Positions 13,624 to 27,430 of a DNA stretch of 64,000 nt are shown piece after piece. A program made the translations under genes and the position numbers. The first letter of the stretch is position 1. Every line of letters begins with the position of its first letter. This stretch comes from the human T2T-CHM13v2.0 reference genome, Homo sapiens: NCBI RefSeq assembly GCF_009914755.1, contig NC_060927.1. The stretch is one strand, 5' to 3'. A model generated the notes under the pieces. It had not been told where the DNA came from and made no database searches. It was given only the letters and a program-made list of their open reading frames with translations.

Positions 13624-15295
13624 GAGAGACAGAGACTAGATAATGAATGGTCTCTAGTTTGTACCCTTGGGAATAACCCAGGAAAATGACTCCTACTTAT
13701 AAACACACTTTGGGAATAAAATTTAGAAGATAATAAAACAGGCATGTCTGATGCCCTAAAGAGAGATGGAATAATTTAGCTGTTTTCTTTTTTAGCATCT
13801 TCAAACTGGAAAGACCTGATAACTAGACTAGTTACAAGATTCAAAAAGGTGAACTGATTTGCTCCAAATCACACAACTACTTGGTTGGCGGAAGAGCTGG
13901 AAATAGGACATAAGTTCTAGAGGCCAATAATCTAGTTAGGGCTTGTTATACTGGGCCTCCATTATTTTCCTCTTCACATTCTTCCAATTCTTTTTTTGAC
14001 ATTCTCTTCCAGGTCACAACTTGGAGTCTAAGATGATTTAACTTTGAAATACTGAAAATAATTTTAATTTTTTACTCAACCTTTCTACTTCCTGGCTCTG
14101 GGCCAAAGAAGCTGGCCACCTGTTCTTAATCTATTCTTATCAGCTGGAAAATAACTGAGAGATGCCAACAGTAACCTGGCTGAGGACTAGGGCATGGGAC
14201 TCCATGTTAAGGAAGCCACAGTCCACAGGGAAATTATGGGACAGCTGTCAGGCAGAGATGTAAACAGGAATAAAGATGCAACAAGTTGCTGATGTGATTG
14301 GGAACGTTTTTCCTTCCTAGGTTTCCCTCTACATTATAATATAGTTTTCTTGGAAGAGGCACAATAGAGAAATTAAAAATTAGATAAGAGGGACCAGCAA
14401 CGTTGTTGCCAGTGACAGGAACATGGAGGACAGAGATAGAAAACAGGTCTGAGGTAGCAGGAAACAATTAACTATAACCCTGATTAGCTAAGCCTCTGGC
14501 CAAAAAAGGTGAAAAAACAGAAGTCAGGTAGCTGTATAGGTTTTCCAGATATGAAAGGGATATAGAACAAGAAACAGAACTCAAGAAAATTTTAAGAACT
14601 ATTAGGACAATAAGAAAGGGAGAGAAAGCTATTTTGTAACTGCAAAGAAAAAGCAAGAGAACGAATCTGACTTCCTGATTTGGAGGTGAGGAAGACGCTG
14701 CAGGGAACCAATGATTAGCTGAATGTAAGATGCAATGCCAGTCTGATACATTAGTCTTTACAGAAAATTTAAAAGTTGGGAGGGAAGTAATACTCTGGTT
14801 ATGGTTTTATTCTAAACAGAGATACATTGTGGCTGGAAAATTTGTATAAAGATGATAAGGCAAATTGATACAAAGGAAGTAGCATGACTTGCTCCACCAT
14901 AATGGGTAGCACAAGTGGCCTTGGGCACAGCATGAGTGTGAGTGGAACTAACCAGGGCAACGAGTGGGGGCATGTCAAACAAGCAACCATATCAGAACTC
15001 AGGTACAAGATCAAGGGGAGAGTTGAGAATGATTCCAATTATTGTCATATCAGGAAAGTGTGTAGAATAAGAAATAGGGACTCAGAGAAAAAAGGTGAAT
15101 AAAGCAGGAGATGAGCACCAAATCACCAAAAATGCTAGAAAGCTAGCATTTATGACCTTCTAAATCAAGTGGGAGCTGGTTCCATAGTGGGTTTTCAAGT
15201 TGGCATCAGAAGTTGGGGAAGTACCTGCTAAGAACTTGGCTTAAACCAAGTTCTACTCTTTCAGCATCAGTCTCCTTATGTACAGAGAAAATGAT

Positions 15296-15339
15296 ACTTG
15301 GTTGGTACAAAAGTCATTGTAGTCTTTGCCATTACTTTT
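15296..15339. mobile_element. Half MADE1 (Hsmar1-derived MITE)
   Basis: ggttggtacaaaagtcattgtagtctttgccattactttt resembles the MADE1 arm ggttggtgcaaaagtaattgcggtttttgccattactttt. Confidence 0.75.
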
Positions 15340-16790
15340 GTTTTTATTTTATTTTAAGTTCTGGGATTCATGTACAGAAGGTGCAGGTTTGTTACATAGG
15401 TATACGTTTGTCATGGTGATTTGCTGCACCTATTGACCCATCCTCTGGGTTCCCTCCCTTTGCCCCCACTACCCCTCAACAGGCCCCAGTGTGTGTTGTT
15501 CCCCTTCCTGTGTCTATGTGTTCTCATTGTTCAACTCCTACCTATGAGTGAGAACATGTGGTGTTTGGTTTTCTGTTCCTGTGTTAGTTTGCTGAGGATG
15601 ATGGTTTCCAGCTTCATCTATGTCCCTGCAAATGACATAATCTCATTCCTTTTTATGGGTGCATAGTACTCCATGGTATATATGTACCATATTTTCTTCA
15701 TCCAGTTTATCATTGATGGGTATTTGGGTTGGTTCCGTGACTTTGCTACTGTAAATAGTGCTGCAGTAAACATACATGTGCATGTGTCTTTACAGCAGAA
15801 TGATTTATATTCCTTTGGGTATATACCCAGTAATGGGATTGCTGGGTCAAATGGTATTTCTGGTTCTAGATTCTTGAGGAATTTTTGTCATGTCTTCCAC
15901 AATGATTGAACTAATTTACAATCCCACCAACATGTAAAGGCATTCCTATTTCTTCACAGTCCCACAAGCATCTATTGTTTCTTGACTTTTTAATAATTGC
16001 CATTCTGACTGGTATAAGATGGTATCTCATTGTGGTTTTGATTTGCATTTCTCTAATGATCAGTGATGTTGAGCTTTTTTTCATATGTTTGTTGGCCACA
16101 AAAATGTCTTCTTTTGAGAGGTATCTGTTCATATTCTTGGCCCATTTTTTGGTGGGGTTGTTTTTTTTTCTTATAAATTTGTTTAAGTTCTTTGTAGATT
16201 CTGGATATTAGACCTTTGTCAGATGGATAGATTGAAAAAATTTTCTCTCATTCTGTAAGTTACCTGTTCACTCTGATGATCATTTCTTTTGCTGTGCAGA
16301 AGCTATTTAGTTTAATTAGATCTCATTTGTCAATTTTGGCTTTTGTTGCCATTGCTTTTGGTATTTTTGTCATGAAGTCTTTCCCATGCCTATGTCCTGA
16401 ATGGTATTACCTGGGTTTTCTTCTAGGGTTTTTATAGTTTGGGGTTTTACAATTAAGTCTTTAATCTATCTTTAGTTAATTTTTGTATAAGGTGTAAGGA
16501 AGGGGTCCAGTTTCAGTTTTCTGCATATGGCTAGCCAGTTTTCCATTTATTTAATATGAAATCCTTTCCCCATTACTTGTTTTTGTCAGATTTGTCAAAG
16601 ATCAGATGGTTGTAGATGTGTGGTGTTATTTCTGAGATCTCTATTCTGTTCCATTGGTTTATATGTCTGTTATGGTACCAGTACCATGCTGTTTTGGTTA
16701 CTGTAGCCTTGTAGTATAGTTTGAACTCAGGTAGCATGATGTCTCCAGCTTTGTTCTTTTTGCTTAGGATTGTCTTGGCTATACAGGCTC
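15336..16790 (-). mobile_element. L1PA8/8A-like 3' segment (non-inverted part of a twin-primed insertion)
   Basis: Poly-T tail, antisense 3'UTR and ORF2 C-terminus (ORF 15911-16132 [11 protein letters not shown]...). Confidence 0.9.
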
Positions 16791-18145
16791 AGTGAGAAGA
16801 ATCAAGTAGATACAATAAAAAATGATAAAGGGGATATCACCACTCACCCCACCAAAAGACAAACTACCATCAGAGAATACTATAAATGCCTCTGCTCAAA
16901 TAAACTAGAAAATCTACAAGAAATGGAAAAATTCCTGGACACATACCCCCTCCCAAGATTAAACCAGGAAGAAGTTGAATCTCTGAATAGACCAATAATA
17001 AGTTCAGAAATTAAGGCAGTAATTAATAGCCTACCAACGAAAAAAAGCCCAGGACTACCCGTATTCACATCAAATTCTACCAGAGGTACAAAGAGGAGCT
17101 GACACCATTTCTTCCAAAACTATTCCAAATAATTGAAAAGGAGGGTCTCCTCCCTAATTCATTTTATAAAGTCAGCATCATCCTGATACCAAAACCTGGT
17201 AGAGACACAACAAAAAAAGAAAACTTCAGGCCAATATTCCTGATGAATATTGATGCAAAAATTCTCGATAAAATACTGGCAAACTGAACTCAGCAGCACA
17301 TCTAAAAAGTTATCCATCATGATCAAATCAGCTTCATCCTTGGGATGCAAGGCTGGTTCAACATAAGCAAATCAATAAACATAATCCATCACACAAACAG
17401 AACAAAAGACAAAAACCACATGATTATCTCAACAGATGCAGAAAAGGCCTTTGATAAAAGTCAACATCCCTTCATGTTAAAAGCTCTCAATAAACTAGGT
17501 ATTGATGGGACATATCTAAAAATAATAAGAACTATTTATGACAAACCCACAGCCAATATTATATTGAATGGGCAAAAGCTAGAAGCATTTTCTTTGAAAA
17601 CTGGTACAATAAAAAGATGCCCTCTCTCACCAGTCCTATTCAACATAGTATTGGAAGCTCTGGCCAGGGCAATCAGGCAAGAGAAAGAAATGAAGCGTAT
17701 TCAAGTAGGAAGAGAGGAAGTCATATTGTCTCTGTTTGCAGAAGACATGATTCTATATTTAGAAAACACAATCATCTCAGCCCAGAAACTCCTTAAGCTG
17801 ATATGCAACTTCAGCAAAGTCTCAGCATACAAAATCAATGTGTTAAAATCACAGACATTCCTATACATCAACAATTGACAAACAGAGAGCCAAATCATGA
17901 ATGAACTCCCATTCACAATTGCTAGAAAGAGAATAAAATACCTAGGAATACAGCTAACAAGAGATGTGAAGGATCTCTTCAAGGAGAACTACAAACCGCT
18001 GCTCAAGGAAATAAGAGAGGACACAAACAAATGGAAAAACATTCCATGCTCATGGATAGGAAGAATCAATATTGTGAAAATGGCCATACTGCCCAAAGTA
18101 ATTTACAGATTCAATGCTATTCACATCAAACTAACACTGACATTC
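16791..18145 (+). mobile_element. Inverted 5' segment of the same L1 (ORF2 RT region)
   Basis: ORFs 16770-17102, 17345-17878 (MQGWFN...LFAED) and 17897-18187; TSD gccattac at 15328-15335 and 18146-18153. Confidence 0.9.
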
Positions 18146-18939
18146 GCCATTACAATAGAACCTTATTCCTCCTGGTGCCGTACCTGACTCTAACCAGTGA
18201 TTGTGGAAATCAAATTAAAAGTGATGTATGCAGAAAAGGCTATGAAACACAAATGCAAGATGATGGTATTATGATGTCATTTTGCTAACTCTACTCCATT
18301 ATATTGGTTTAATGAGAGGAGTGGTATATTTGTGAGCTACAAAGACAAAAAAAAAACTCAGGAATGATACTCTTGGCACAGAGGTTAAGCTCAGGCAAAC
18401 AACACAGTGAAACTTTATCTGAACAGGATTTATACTGTCCTTCGCAAAGCCACCAACTATTAAATTAATGTTTCTCTTTATTTTTTTCCACTGCAACAAT
18501 AGGGGGGTTGATTCTTACTTGATAGATATAGCATGCATCCCAATTACAGTGTCTGACACTACAAAACAAATGAGTATCTCATACTCAAGGACTCTGTTAT
18601 TCTTAAAGGCAGAGAAAAGAGAAACAGAGAGTCCAACTTACCTCCAGGACCCTTTGCTGATGCTATCCTTCGGGTTATAGACTCTGAGGGCAGGAACAGG
18701 TGTGCCTCATTTCTGCCTGTATGTGCATAAAGCAAGGGCCGTTCCTAGGATACGTCTTAAGTGAAATATGCCCACTCAGCAACAGAGGTAGCACTAGAAT
18801 ACATATTTATTTTACGTTTTTGAAACTTCTATTGGTTGTTATCTGATATAGACAGCAGACTTTGAAAACTGAGCAAAAGTAGAGAACCTGTCACTACAAT
18901 TACATAACAGATGAGTTGCTGATATAGACACTGTTAATT

Positions 18940-19426
18940 GTCTATGCAGTAGCCATTATTCCTTCTTCACTCCTTTCCTTCTAACCTGATTTGTTCAGGG
19001 TAGCAATATAGCCATCTAAAAATATGTAACTTCCCAACCTCCCTTATAGACAGTGGTGGTCCAATGGCACATGTATGGCCAATGAAACATAGGCAAAGTC
19101 CCTGAGGTGGGTGCCTCTTCCTAGATAAAAGAAGACATTCCTCCACCATTCACCATTCTTTCTACTCATAATGCAATCATGATGCCTAGAGATGCAGTCA
19201 CCATCTTTGACCATGAGGTGACAATCATGAGAATGAAGAGCTACCCAGTGAGGACGGAGCATGGAAAAATGGAGCCCAAGTTCCCAGGGGCATCACTGGG
19301 CAGCTGCACCAGTCTTGGATTGCCTGCCTCTACGCTTTTTACGAAGTGAGAAAAGCAAATCCCTTGTTTAAACTTCTCTCACTTGGCCTCTCTTTTATTT
19401 TCAGCAGAATATATTCCTAAGTGACA
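18940..19426 (+). mobile_element. MLT1J/K-like MaLR LTR
   Basis: ggccaatgaaacatagg, gcagtcaccatctttgaccatgagg and terminal cctaagtgaca. Confidence 0.65.
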
Positions 19427-21796
19427 AAAGAAACTTTTCAGAGAGATAATGGGACTTATGAGCCGTAACAGTTCATGGGAGCCATTTACCAGGAAGCTAT
19501 CAGTGAAGTCAGTTTGCAGGCAAATAAGAATGAGAAGGAAATTCTAAAGAGAGGACATAGAGAGACTGATGTTTACCTGATATATCACTGTTCTGACATA
19601 AGTAGAAAAAGCTAATGGCATTTTAAAAGCAGCAAACTACAGACATGACTCTTGCAGGATTATTCCATCTATTAACTTATAAATATTTATTGAGCCCTGT
19701 TTTGTGGCCAGTGTCCTTCTCCTCCTCCTCCTCTTTTATTTGTTTCATTATTTGGAACTCCAAGATTCTTCCCTGGTAGAAAATAAAACTCTCCTCCAAG
19801 GATCTTAAAATGCTTCAGCAATATCTTCAGAGAAATGTCATGCACTCATTTACTGGGAATTTTCTCTAAGTTACTCACTCGCTCAGTAAAAGGGGTAGTA
19901 ATAGAATACACATCTATTCTACCTTTTTCAAAACTTCTATTCATTGTTATCTAATGTGGTCTAGAAACTTTGAAAGATGAGTAAAAATGAGCTGAGTTTC
20001 TAATCCTAATAGAATAATACATCTAATGCTAACCATAATCATGTTATGCTGCTTGATAATTTTACCTAAATGATTTCTAATATACATGAATGATGATTAC
20101 TTGTATACAAACAAGAAACTTTTTCTATCTTTGTCCTCATTTTGTTGGTTTTTCAACGTCTAGAATTAGCAGAAAAACCCATGGAATTATTATTTTAGCA
20201 TCACCATGTACACACCCACATATACAGCAAGAAAAATATGAAGTAGATTAATTACCCAGGCCTTCTCCCAGCAAAAGGTGAGTGCCCCTTGCTTTTGCCT
20301 TGCCCATCCTTTGTTGTCTGCCTTAACTCTGTCCACACTGCATAAGTAATTCCTTAATTAAACTCTCTTCTTGTATGTGTGCAAAGAGCCACCTAAATTT
20401 TGGTTGCATTTTTTCCCAAAATCTATTGAATATCTTTAATCAAGGTATTCAATGAATAAAGAACCAAAATATTTAAGCTTTTAATCAAATGTAATAATTG
20501 AAATAAAGTCTGCAGATGGAAGTCATTAAAACATTGGTACAAACACAAGAGACAAACCAAACAAAATACATGATGAGAACTCAGATCATAAATAAATAAA
20601 TAAAAATAAACTCTGCTACTAAAATTTTCAAGTTTGTCATCTATTTTCTCCCAGGATCCTGACCTATACAAAGGTTCATATAACAAGACTCCCTCCATGG
20701 TTAGAGGGTGGTCCTGAGAAGAGAACACACCACAGGCTCACCAAGCTCCACACTCCTAGCATCTTCCCAGTTCCTCAAAGTACATTAATGGACTGGAGAC
20801 ACAGAGACCCTTAAAAATATTAAAAGGGTCAATATGTCAGGAAAACATGATCATTACAAATGTATATGCATCTAATTACAAACATTTAAAGTGTGGGGTT
20901 AATCACTCTGTGGTTCTCTCCATGTTACATGTTAATAAAATATTTTTTAAAAATCAAAGTATATGAAGCAAAACTTGATAGAACTAAAGGGAGATAGACA
21001 AATAAGCAATCATAGCTGCAGATTTAAACATACCTCTCTTAAAAATGGTATAATGACTAGATTAAAAATCAGTGAAGATATAGAAGTTCCACAGAACTGC
21101 CTCCCTTTCTGTCACACCATTGCCCATAATACCTATACCAGGGGATACACCTACTATTGTTATTTAGAGATAAAAATGATTTTTAAATGCTAGCACACTG
21201 ATGCATACCAGTCAAATTGCCAATAAGATATGAAATCCCTTAAGGAGGATGTAAAACGTGGAGGGCTCCTTATGACACTTAGAAAGTCATAGAAAGGGGG
21301 AACTTCAGAGAATGAAGAAATCCACGTAAAAGAGAGATTCGACATTCAAAAGAGAGAATCTGATAAATGATTCAATCCATTTATACAAAGTTCTAAATGG
21401 CATCAATAGGGCTAGGAGTCAGAATAGTGGCTACTCCTGAGAAATAATTACTGGAAGGTGGCATAGAATGAACTTGTGGGATAGAGGTCATATTCTGTAA
21501 ACCAATCTTGGTGCTGGTAATACTGCTGTGGTCAATTTGTGGAAATTCTTTAAGATATATGCTTATAATTTGTGCAATTTTTGAATTGCATATTATTCTT
21601 CAAGAGCAAAACAAAACATTTTAAAAAGACAAACTCCATGAACTTCACACTTCAATTTCACTTCTTGGCTTGGCTTCATAAATGTTCATTGGAACAGGGA
21701 AATGACACATGCAAAGATATTTCATATCCCATTGTGCTTGGCATATGTGCATTCGAGGGAAACCTTAACCCTCATTACAGTACTAAAAATCACAAA

Positions 21797-23022
21797 GCTA
21801 GCCATATGTAGAAAGCTGAAACTGGATCCCTTCCTTACACCTTATACAAAAATTAATTCAAGATGGATTAAAGACTTAAATGTTAGACCTAAAACCATAA
21901 AAACCCTAGAAGAAAACTTGGCCTTACCATTCAGGACATAGGCATGGGCAAGGACTTCATGTCTAAAATACTAAAAGCAATGGCAACAAAAGACAAAATT
22001 GACAAATGGGATCTAATTAAACTAAAGAGCTTCTGCATAGCAAAAGAAACTACCATCAGAGTGAACAGGCAACCTACAAAATGGGAGAAAATTTTCGCAC
22101 CTACTCATCTGACAAAGGGCTAATATCCAGAATCTACAATGAACTCAAACAAATTTACAAGAAAAAAACAAACAACACCATCAAAAAGTGGGCAAAGGAT
22201 ATGAACAGACACTTCTCAAAAGAAGACATTTATGCAGCCAAAAGACACATGAAAAAATGCTCATCATCACTGGCCATCAGAGAAATGCGAATCAAAACCA
22301 CAATGATATACCATCTCACACCAGTTAGAATGGCAATCATTAAAAAGTCAGGAAACAACAGGTGCTGGAGAGGATGTGGAGAAATAGGAACACTTTTACA
22401 CTGTTGGTGGGACTGTAAACTAGTTCAACCATTGTGGAAGTCAGTGTGGCGATTCCTCAGGGATCTAGAACTAGAAAGACCATTTGACCCAGCCATCCCA
22501 TTACTGGGTATATACCCAAAGGATTATAAATCATGCTGCTATAAAGACACATGCACACGTATGTTTATTGTGGCACTATTCACAATAGCAAAGACTTGGA
22601 ACCAACCCAAATGTCCAACAATGATAGACTGGATTAAGAAAATGTGGCACATATACACCATGGAATATTATGCAGCCATAAAAAATGATGAGTTCATGTC
22701 CTTTGTAGGGACATGGATGAAATTGGAAATCATCATTCTCAGTAAACTATCACAAGGACAAAAAACCAAACACCACATGTTCTCACTCATAGATGGGAAT
22801 TGAACAATGAGAACACATGGACACAGGAAGGGGAACATCACACTCTGGGGACTGTTGTGGGGTGGGGGGAAGGGGGAGGGATAGCATTAGGAGATATACC
22901 TAATGCTAAATGACGAGTTAATGGGTGCAGCACACCAGCATGGTACATGTATACATATGTAACTAACCTGCACATTGTGCACATGTACCCTAAAACTTGA
23001 AGTATAATAATAATTAAAAAAA
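21797..23022 (+). mobile_element. 5'-truncated L1PA3/4 (about 1.2 kb)
   Basis: ORF 22081-22803 is the ORF2 C-terminus ([18 protein letters not shown]); 3'UTR with gagaacacatgg and gctaaatgacgagttaatgg; short A-rich tail. Confidence 0.93.
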
Positions 23023-23082
23023 TGAATAAGAAGATATTTAATAACATGGAAATTTCATAAATTTAGGTCTCCTTATTAATTC

Positions 23083-23544
23083 ATGGCTGGGATTACTGGC
23101 CCCAGCTCTTTGCTCTCCCTGTATGTAGGCTCTATGCTATGAGACTGAAAAAAGAATTTTTTTCCTGCCTTCATTGATGGACTACACCTCCCAAATCTTT
23201 ACCTTTGGGATTGATCTTATGACTTTCTCTGGCCAAGTATACACAGATGGGCAGGAGGGAAAGTATGCCAGTTCCAAACCTAGGCCTTCACAGGCTCACA
23301 CATTTTTGTTTGCTCTTTTGTGCCGCTGTCATTGCTTTGAAAAGCATGTTCTCCAGGTAGCAGCTGTCCCTTCATCCTGAACCTCAGAATAAAACAAATG
23401 AAGCAGACTTGAGCCACCTGAACTCTCAGCTTGAAGCAGAGATACCCCAAGTGACTCACAGATATATGAGCTACATAAATGCTTATTGTATACATCTAAG
23501 ATCTTTCTAGTTATTTGTTACATAACAATAGCTAACCAATGCAC
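23083..23544 (+). mobile_element. MLT1H/I-like MaLR LTR
   Basis: atgccagttccaaacctaggcctt...ataaatgcttattg...ttgttacataacaatagctaacc. Confidence 0.65.
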
Positions 23545-23675
23545 AAACCAAAAGTTAGAAATATATACTGAAGCAAGTTGCACAATTCTGCCTGATTCCT
23601 TCGAGCTATAAGACCTACTTACACACAATAGAGCCTGCCCCAGTTTTTAAATAATAACCATTATAATAATAATCA

Positions 23676-24122
23676 TGATGGTTAATTTTGTGTGTCAACT
23701 TGCCTGGGCTAAGGAATGCCCTGATAGCTGGTAAAATATTACTTCTGCTGTGTCTGTAAGAATGTTTTCAGTAGACTGAGTAAAGATTTTCCCTCACCAA
23801 TGTGGACAAGCATCAGTGAATTTTTTCTCTCTTCTTGAGCTAGGATATCCATCTTCTACTGCCCTCAGGCATTACAGTCCGTGGTTCTCAGACCTTCAGA
23901 CTCAGACCAGGACTTATACCATTTTCTCCCCCGGTTCTAGGTTTGAGACTCAGACTTAATTACAACATTGGCTTTCCTGGTTCTCCAGCTTGCAGACAGC
24001 AGATGGTGGGACTTCCTGGCTGCATAATCAAGTGAGCCAATGTCTGTAATGAATCTTCATATATATTTATTATATATGTTTTTTTCTATTAACTCTATTT
24101 CTCTGAAAAATCCTTACTAACA
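23676..24122 (+). mobile_element. MLT2 (ERVL) solo LTR
   Basis: tgatggttaattttgtgtgtcaacttg...ttctccagcttgcagacagcagat...actaaca. Confidence 0.8.
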
Positions 24123-25042
24123 CTGTTATTATTATTACAGGCTTCTGATATTCATGCATGGTTTGTTGTCTTAGAGTACTCAAGAGCAAAGCCCAGGTCA
24201 AAGCTAGAGAACAGTGCTAATATCAGATAATAGATGCAAAGGAAATTTGTAAATAGACCACAAAGTACCTGAGTTCCCTAGCTTCTTGCTTTGTGTTCTA
24301 TTTACAGACTTCTGCCTTCTGCAGTCCTGGGTAAAGACCTTTGCTGTCCAACTCAGCCAGACATTCCTTGACATAGGCTTTATTTTTCTCCTTTCCACCC
24401 TTGACTCATACCCTAGCTGTGGATGCTCCAGCCTGGCAAATGGGTCCTAGGCAAATTGAGCAGAAAGAGCCCCTCAATACTGGCAGAGTAGGCCACTTTT
24501 TTCACATCATTCTAATGAGGTTGTTAACACTTCCTTCTCCCCAGGATGTTATTTATTCTCCTTCCTCAAAACTTTGTGCTCTAACCCCATGGTATTAGAA
24601 CTCCAGCACAGATTTGCATCCAGAGCCAGTGAATAAGTCACTGAACCTCTTGTCGGTCCTTATCTCCAGTCTTTTCTCTCAAGCTGCAATGAGAAAGTGT
24701 ATGCTCTGCCTTGGCAAACTCTTGAAGCTCTTTGGTTTTAAAATCTTAAAAGGTACTCTTGAGAGCTTGAGCAGCAATGGCAATAGATAGCACATTAATA
24801 GTCTGGCAGAAGTGCTGTCTTCCTGACATTCAGCAGCTCTTGAGAAGGCTTCATTTGCATACTGGCATGGTCACAGGACTAAGCCCTGCAAATAGAGAGT
24901 CTAGCATCTGTCAAAATAAGAAAGCAGTTTAGAGTACCTGATAGGAATCTGAGAAGGATGCTCAATTTGGAATCACACACTGACACATGTGGCTTTCAAC
25001 TCAGAGCAACCCACTTTTTCTTGTGAATCAGAAAGGATGTAA

Positions 25043-25250
25043 AATTTACTAAAAACCTACAATGTGCCTGGCGAAGTACTTGGGGTTTAATTGCATTGTC
25101 TCATTTAATCCTTACACAGCTCTGCAAGGTCAGTACCTTTTTTTTCCTTTTATAAATGAGGAAATGGAGGCTCAAAGAGATTAAATGACTTGCTCAAGGT
25201 CATGTGGCTAGTTAAAATGAGAATGCAACTTTGAACCTGGATCTATTCCA
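25043..25250 (-). mobile_element. MIR SINE
   Basis: tctcatttaatcct...ttttataaatgaggaaatggaggctcaaagagattaaatgacttgctcaaggtca. Confidence 0.85.
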
Positions 25251-26649
25251 CTGCATTCTTAGAACCCAAAAGATGAATGTGACTTTAGAAGAACTTAAAC
25301 AGGACATAAGAAAGATATCAATGACAGGTATTTTTCAAACACCCACAATTGCTTTATTTGAATAGTAAAGGCAGGGTACAAATCTGTCCCTACAATCCAA
25401 GGTCAACTTTGCAGTTTCTGTCAGTCATAGGTGCCATAGTTAGGAATGCTATGTTGAATGAACTTATGTCCAGCAGAAACAGAGAGTCCTCTCCCTGTAG
25501 GTTTCTGGAATCCCTCAGGTCATGCTGTAACTGCCCAAAATTAACACTGTTGTTACCACACAGACAGATGACACTGTCAGGATGATGTGAGGGAAAACAG
25601 AGGGCAATTGTGGAGTCTCACCAAGACATAACTAAACACCACCAACAAAATCTTATACTCATGTGCATTCTGTCTCTCTGGATTTTATTTTTTTCATTCA
25701 CCGCTGATCAGAAGGCAAGTCTCTCTGGATTTCAACCTAGACAAGGGCTACTCTATGAAGCTCAATATGATTTTGAAATGAATTGGGATTTCAATATAAG
25801 CAATATTTGCAAGTATTGTGTGCCCATCACTGGGCTCGAGCTTTCACCTATCTTGTCTCATTTCTACCAATCCTGTAAGAGAGGCATGATTATTGTCTGA
25901 GATGTTAAGTATCTTGCACAGTGCCACACAGATAAGAGTGGCAAGCTGAATTTTAACTCAGCTCTCTTGAAGAGTAGTTCAGAGTTCTTAGTCCCAAACT
26001 GGTGACCTACGTTATAGTCACTTAGATTTTTTTTTATAACTATAAAGTAGTCAGAGTCCCACAATGTTTTGAAAAAGTATAGTATCACTGGAAGAAAGAT
26101 GCAACCTCCAAAGGCGGGAACATTGTGTGATAACTAGACTGTATCTAAAGGCATAATCTATATCTAATTCTTCTAAATAAATATTCTTAAATGAATGAAT
26201 TTTTGAGAGAAACAAAAATATCTTATTCTAACAGCATTGCCTACTTTGCAGCACTCAGTGTGGGTTTATAAAGCCCTTCCTTTGTGAAGCAGTACCACTT
26301 CATATATCAGTCAAATAATCAGCCCTAAAGATTCCTAAATCCATGAAAAAATATTCTAGGTTTTAGAAGAGTTGTATTTTAATTTCCTTTAGGAGAGCAC
26401 ATTCCTAGGAGTTCTTAGAGGTGTGCCATTAATGTTCTATCCCCACTTTAAAACGCCAATGGAAATGCTATGTTTTCTTGAAAATGGCCATATAGACCAA
26501 CAGATATATCAAGCTCATTTTAGCTAGAATTATACTAACTCATTGATTATAAGTGCTGATAGGAAGCCATGGTCAGCATGCAGAAAGATAGAGGCATGGG
26601 TGCACACTAAAATAGGAAAGCTAGTTATTACTTATTAATATATATTTTG

Positions 26650-27430
26650 CAATAAGACATGGTTTGATGAAAAAGGAAACTATTAAAAACAAAACTTAAA
26701 CAAAAAATTAAGATAATTCACAAAAAAGAAATTTAAAAAGCTAACATTACCAATAATCAGAGAATGCAAGTAAAAATGATAAGATGCCACTTAATACCCA
26801 TCACATTAGTAGAAGTTAGAAGGTCAAATAATACCAAGTATTGGTAAGGTTGTGCAGAAATGGAAAGCTTCCTGCACCGCTACTGAAACTGTGAGCCTGT
26901 GCAGCCATTTTAGAAATCAATCTAAAATAAAATAAATCTGGTTGTAGATAGTGAAGATAAGAGTGTGTGTCCTTGAAATCCCAGCACTCCTACTCCTGTA
27001 TGTATTCCCTAAAGAAATCCTTGTCCAGGTCCAAAAGGACTCAAGGCTATTCATCAAATTTCTGTTTGTGGAAGCAGGGAAGTGGAGGCAGCCTGACTTA
27101 TCCATCACTAAGGAAATGGAAAAATAAAATGTAGATTCAAACTGTGAAAAACCCTGCTGGAATTAGAAGCAATGAACTAGATGTGAATAGAAAAACATGG
27201 CTAAGTCTCAAAAAGTTAGTGTTGAGTAATAAAAATCAAAATCAGAATAAAGGCTGTAATGCAACACCATATGTGCCAACTTAAAAAATGCACACACATG
27301 CTATATTTTCCAAGAATCCATACATACTCAAGGATATATATCTGACATATTAGTTAGGGTGCATGGGGAGATAGAGGGCTGTGGATACCAGGAGGGAATG
27401 AGGATAAGGCATGAAAGAGGAAATAAAAAT
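26650..27430 (+). mobile_element. Ancient L1ME/HAL1-like 3' fragment
   Basis: aataccaagtattggtaaggttgtg, ccagcactcctactcctgtatgtattccctaaagaaa; very degenerate. Confidence 0.55.

Noticed and set aside
14130-15290. Purine-rich stretch with faint CR1/L3-like phrases
   Set aside because: Similarity too weak to assign by eye.
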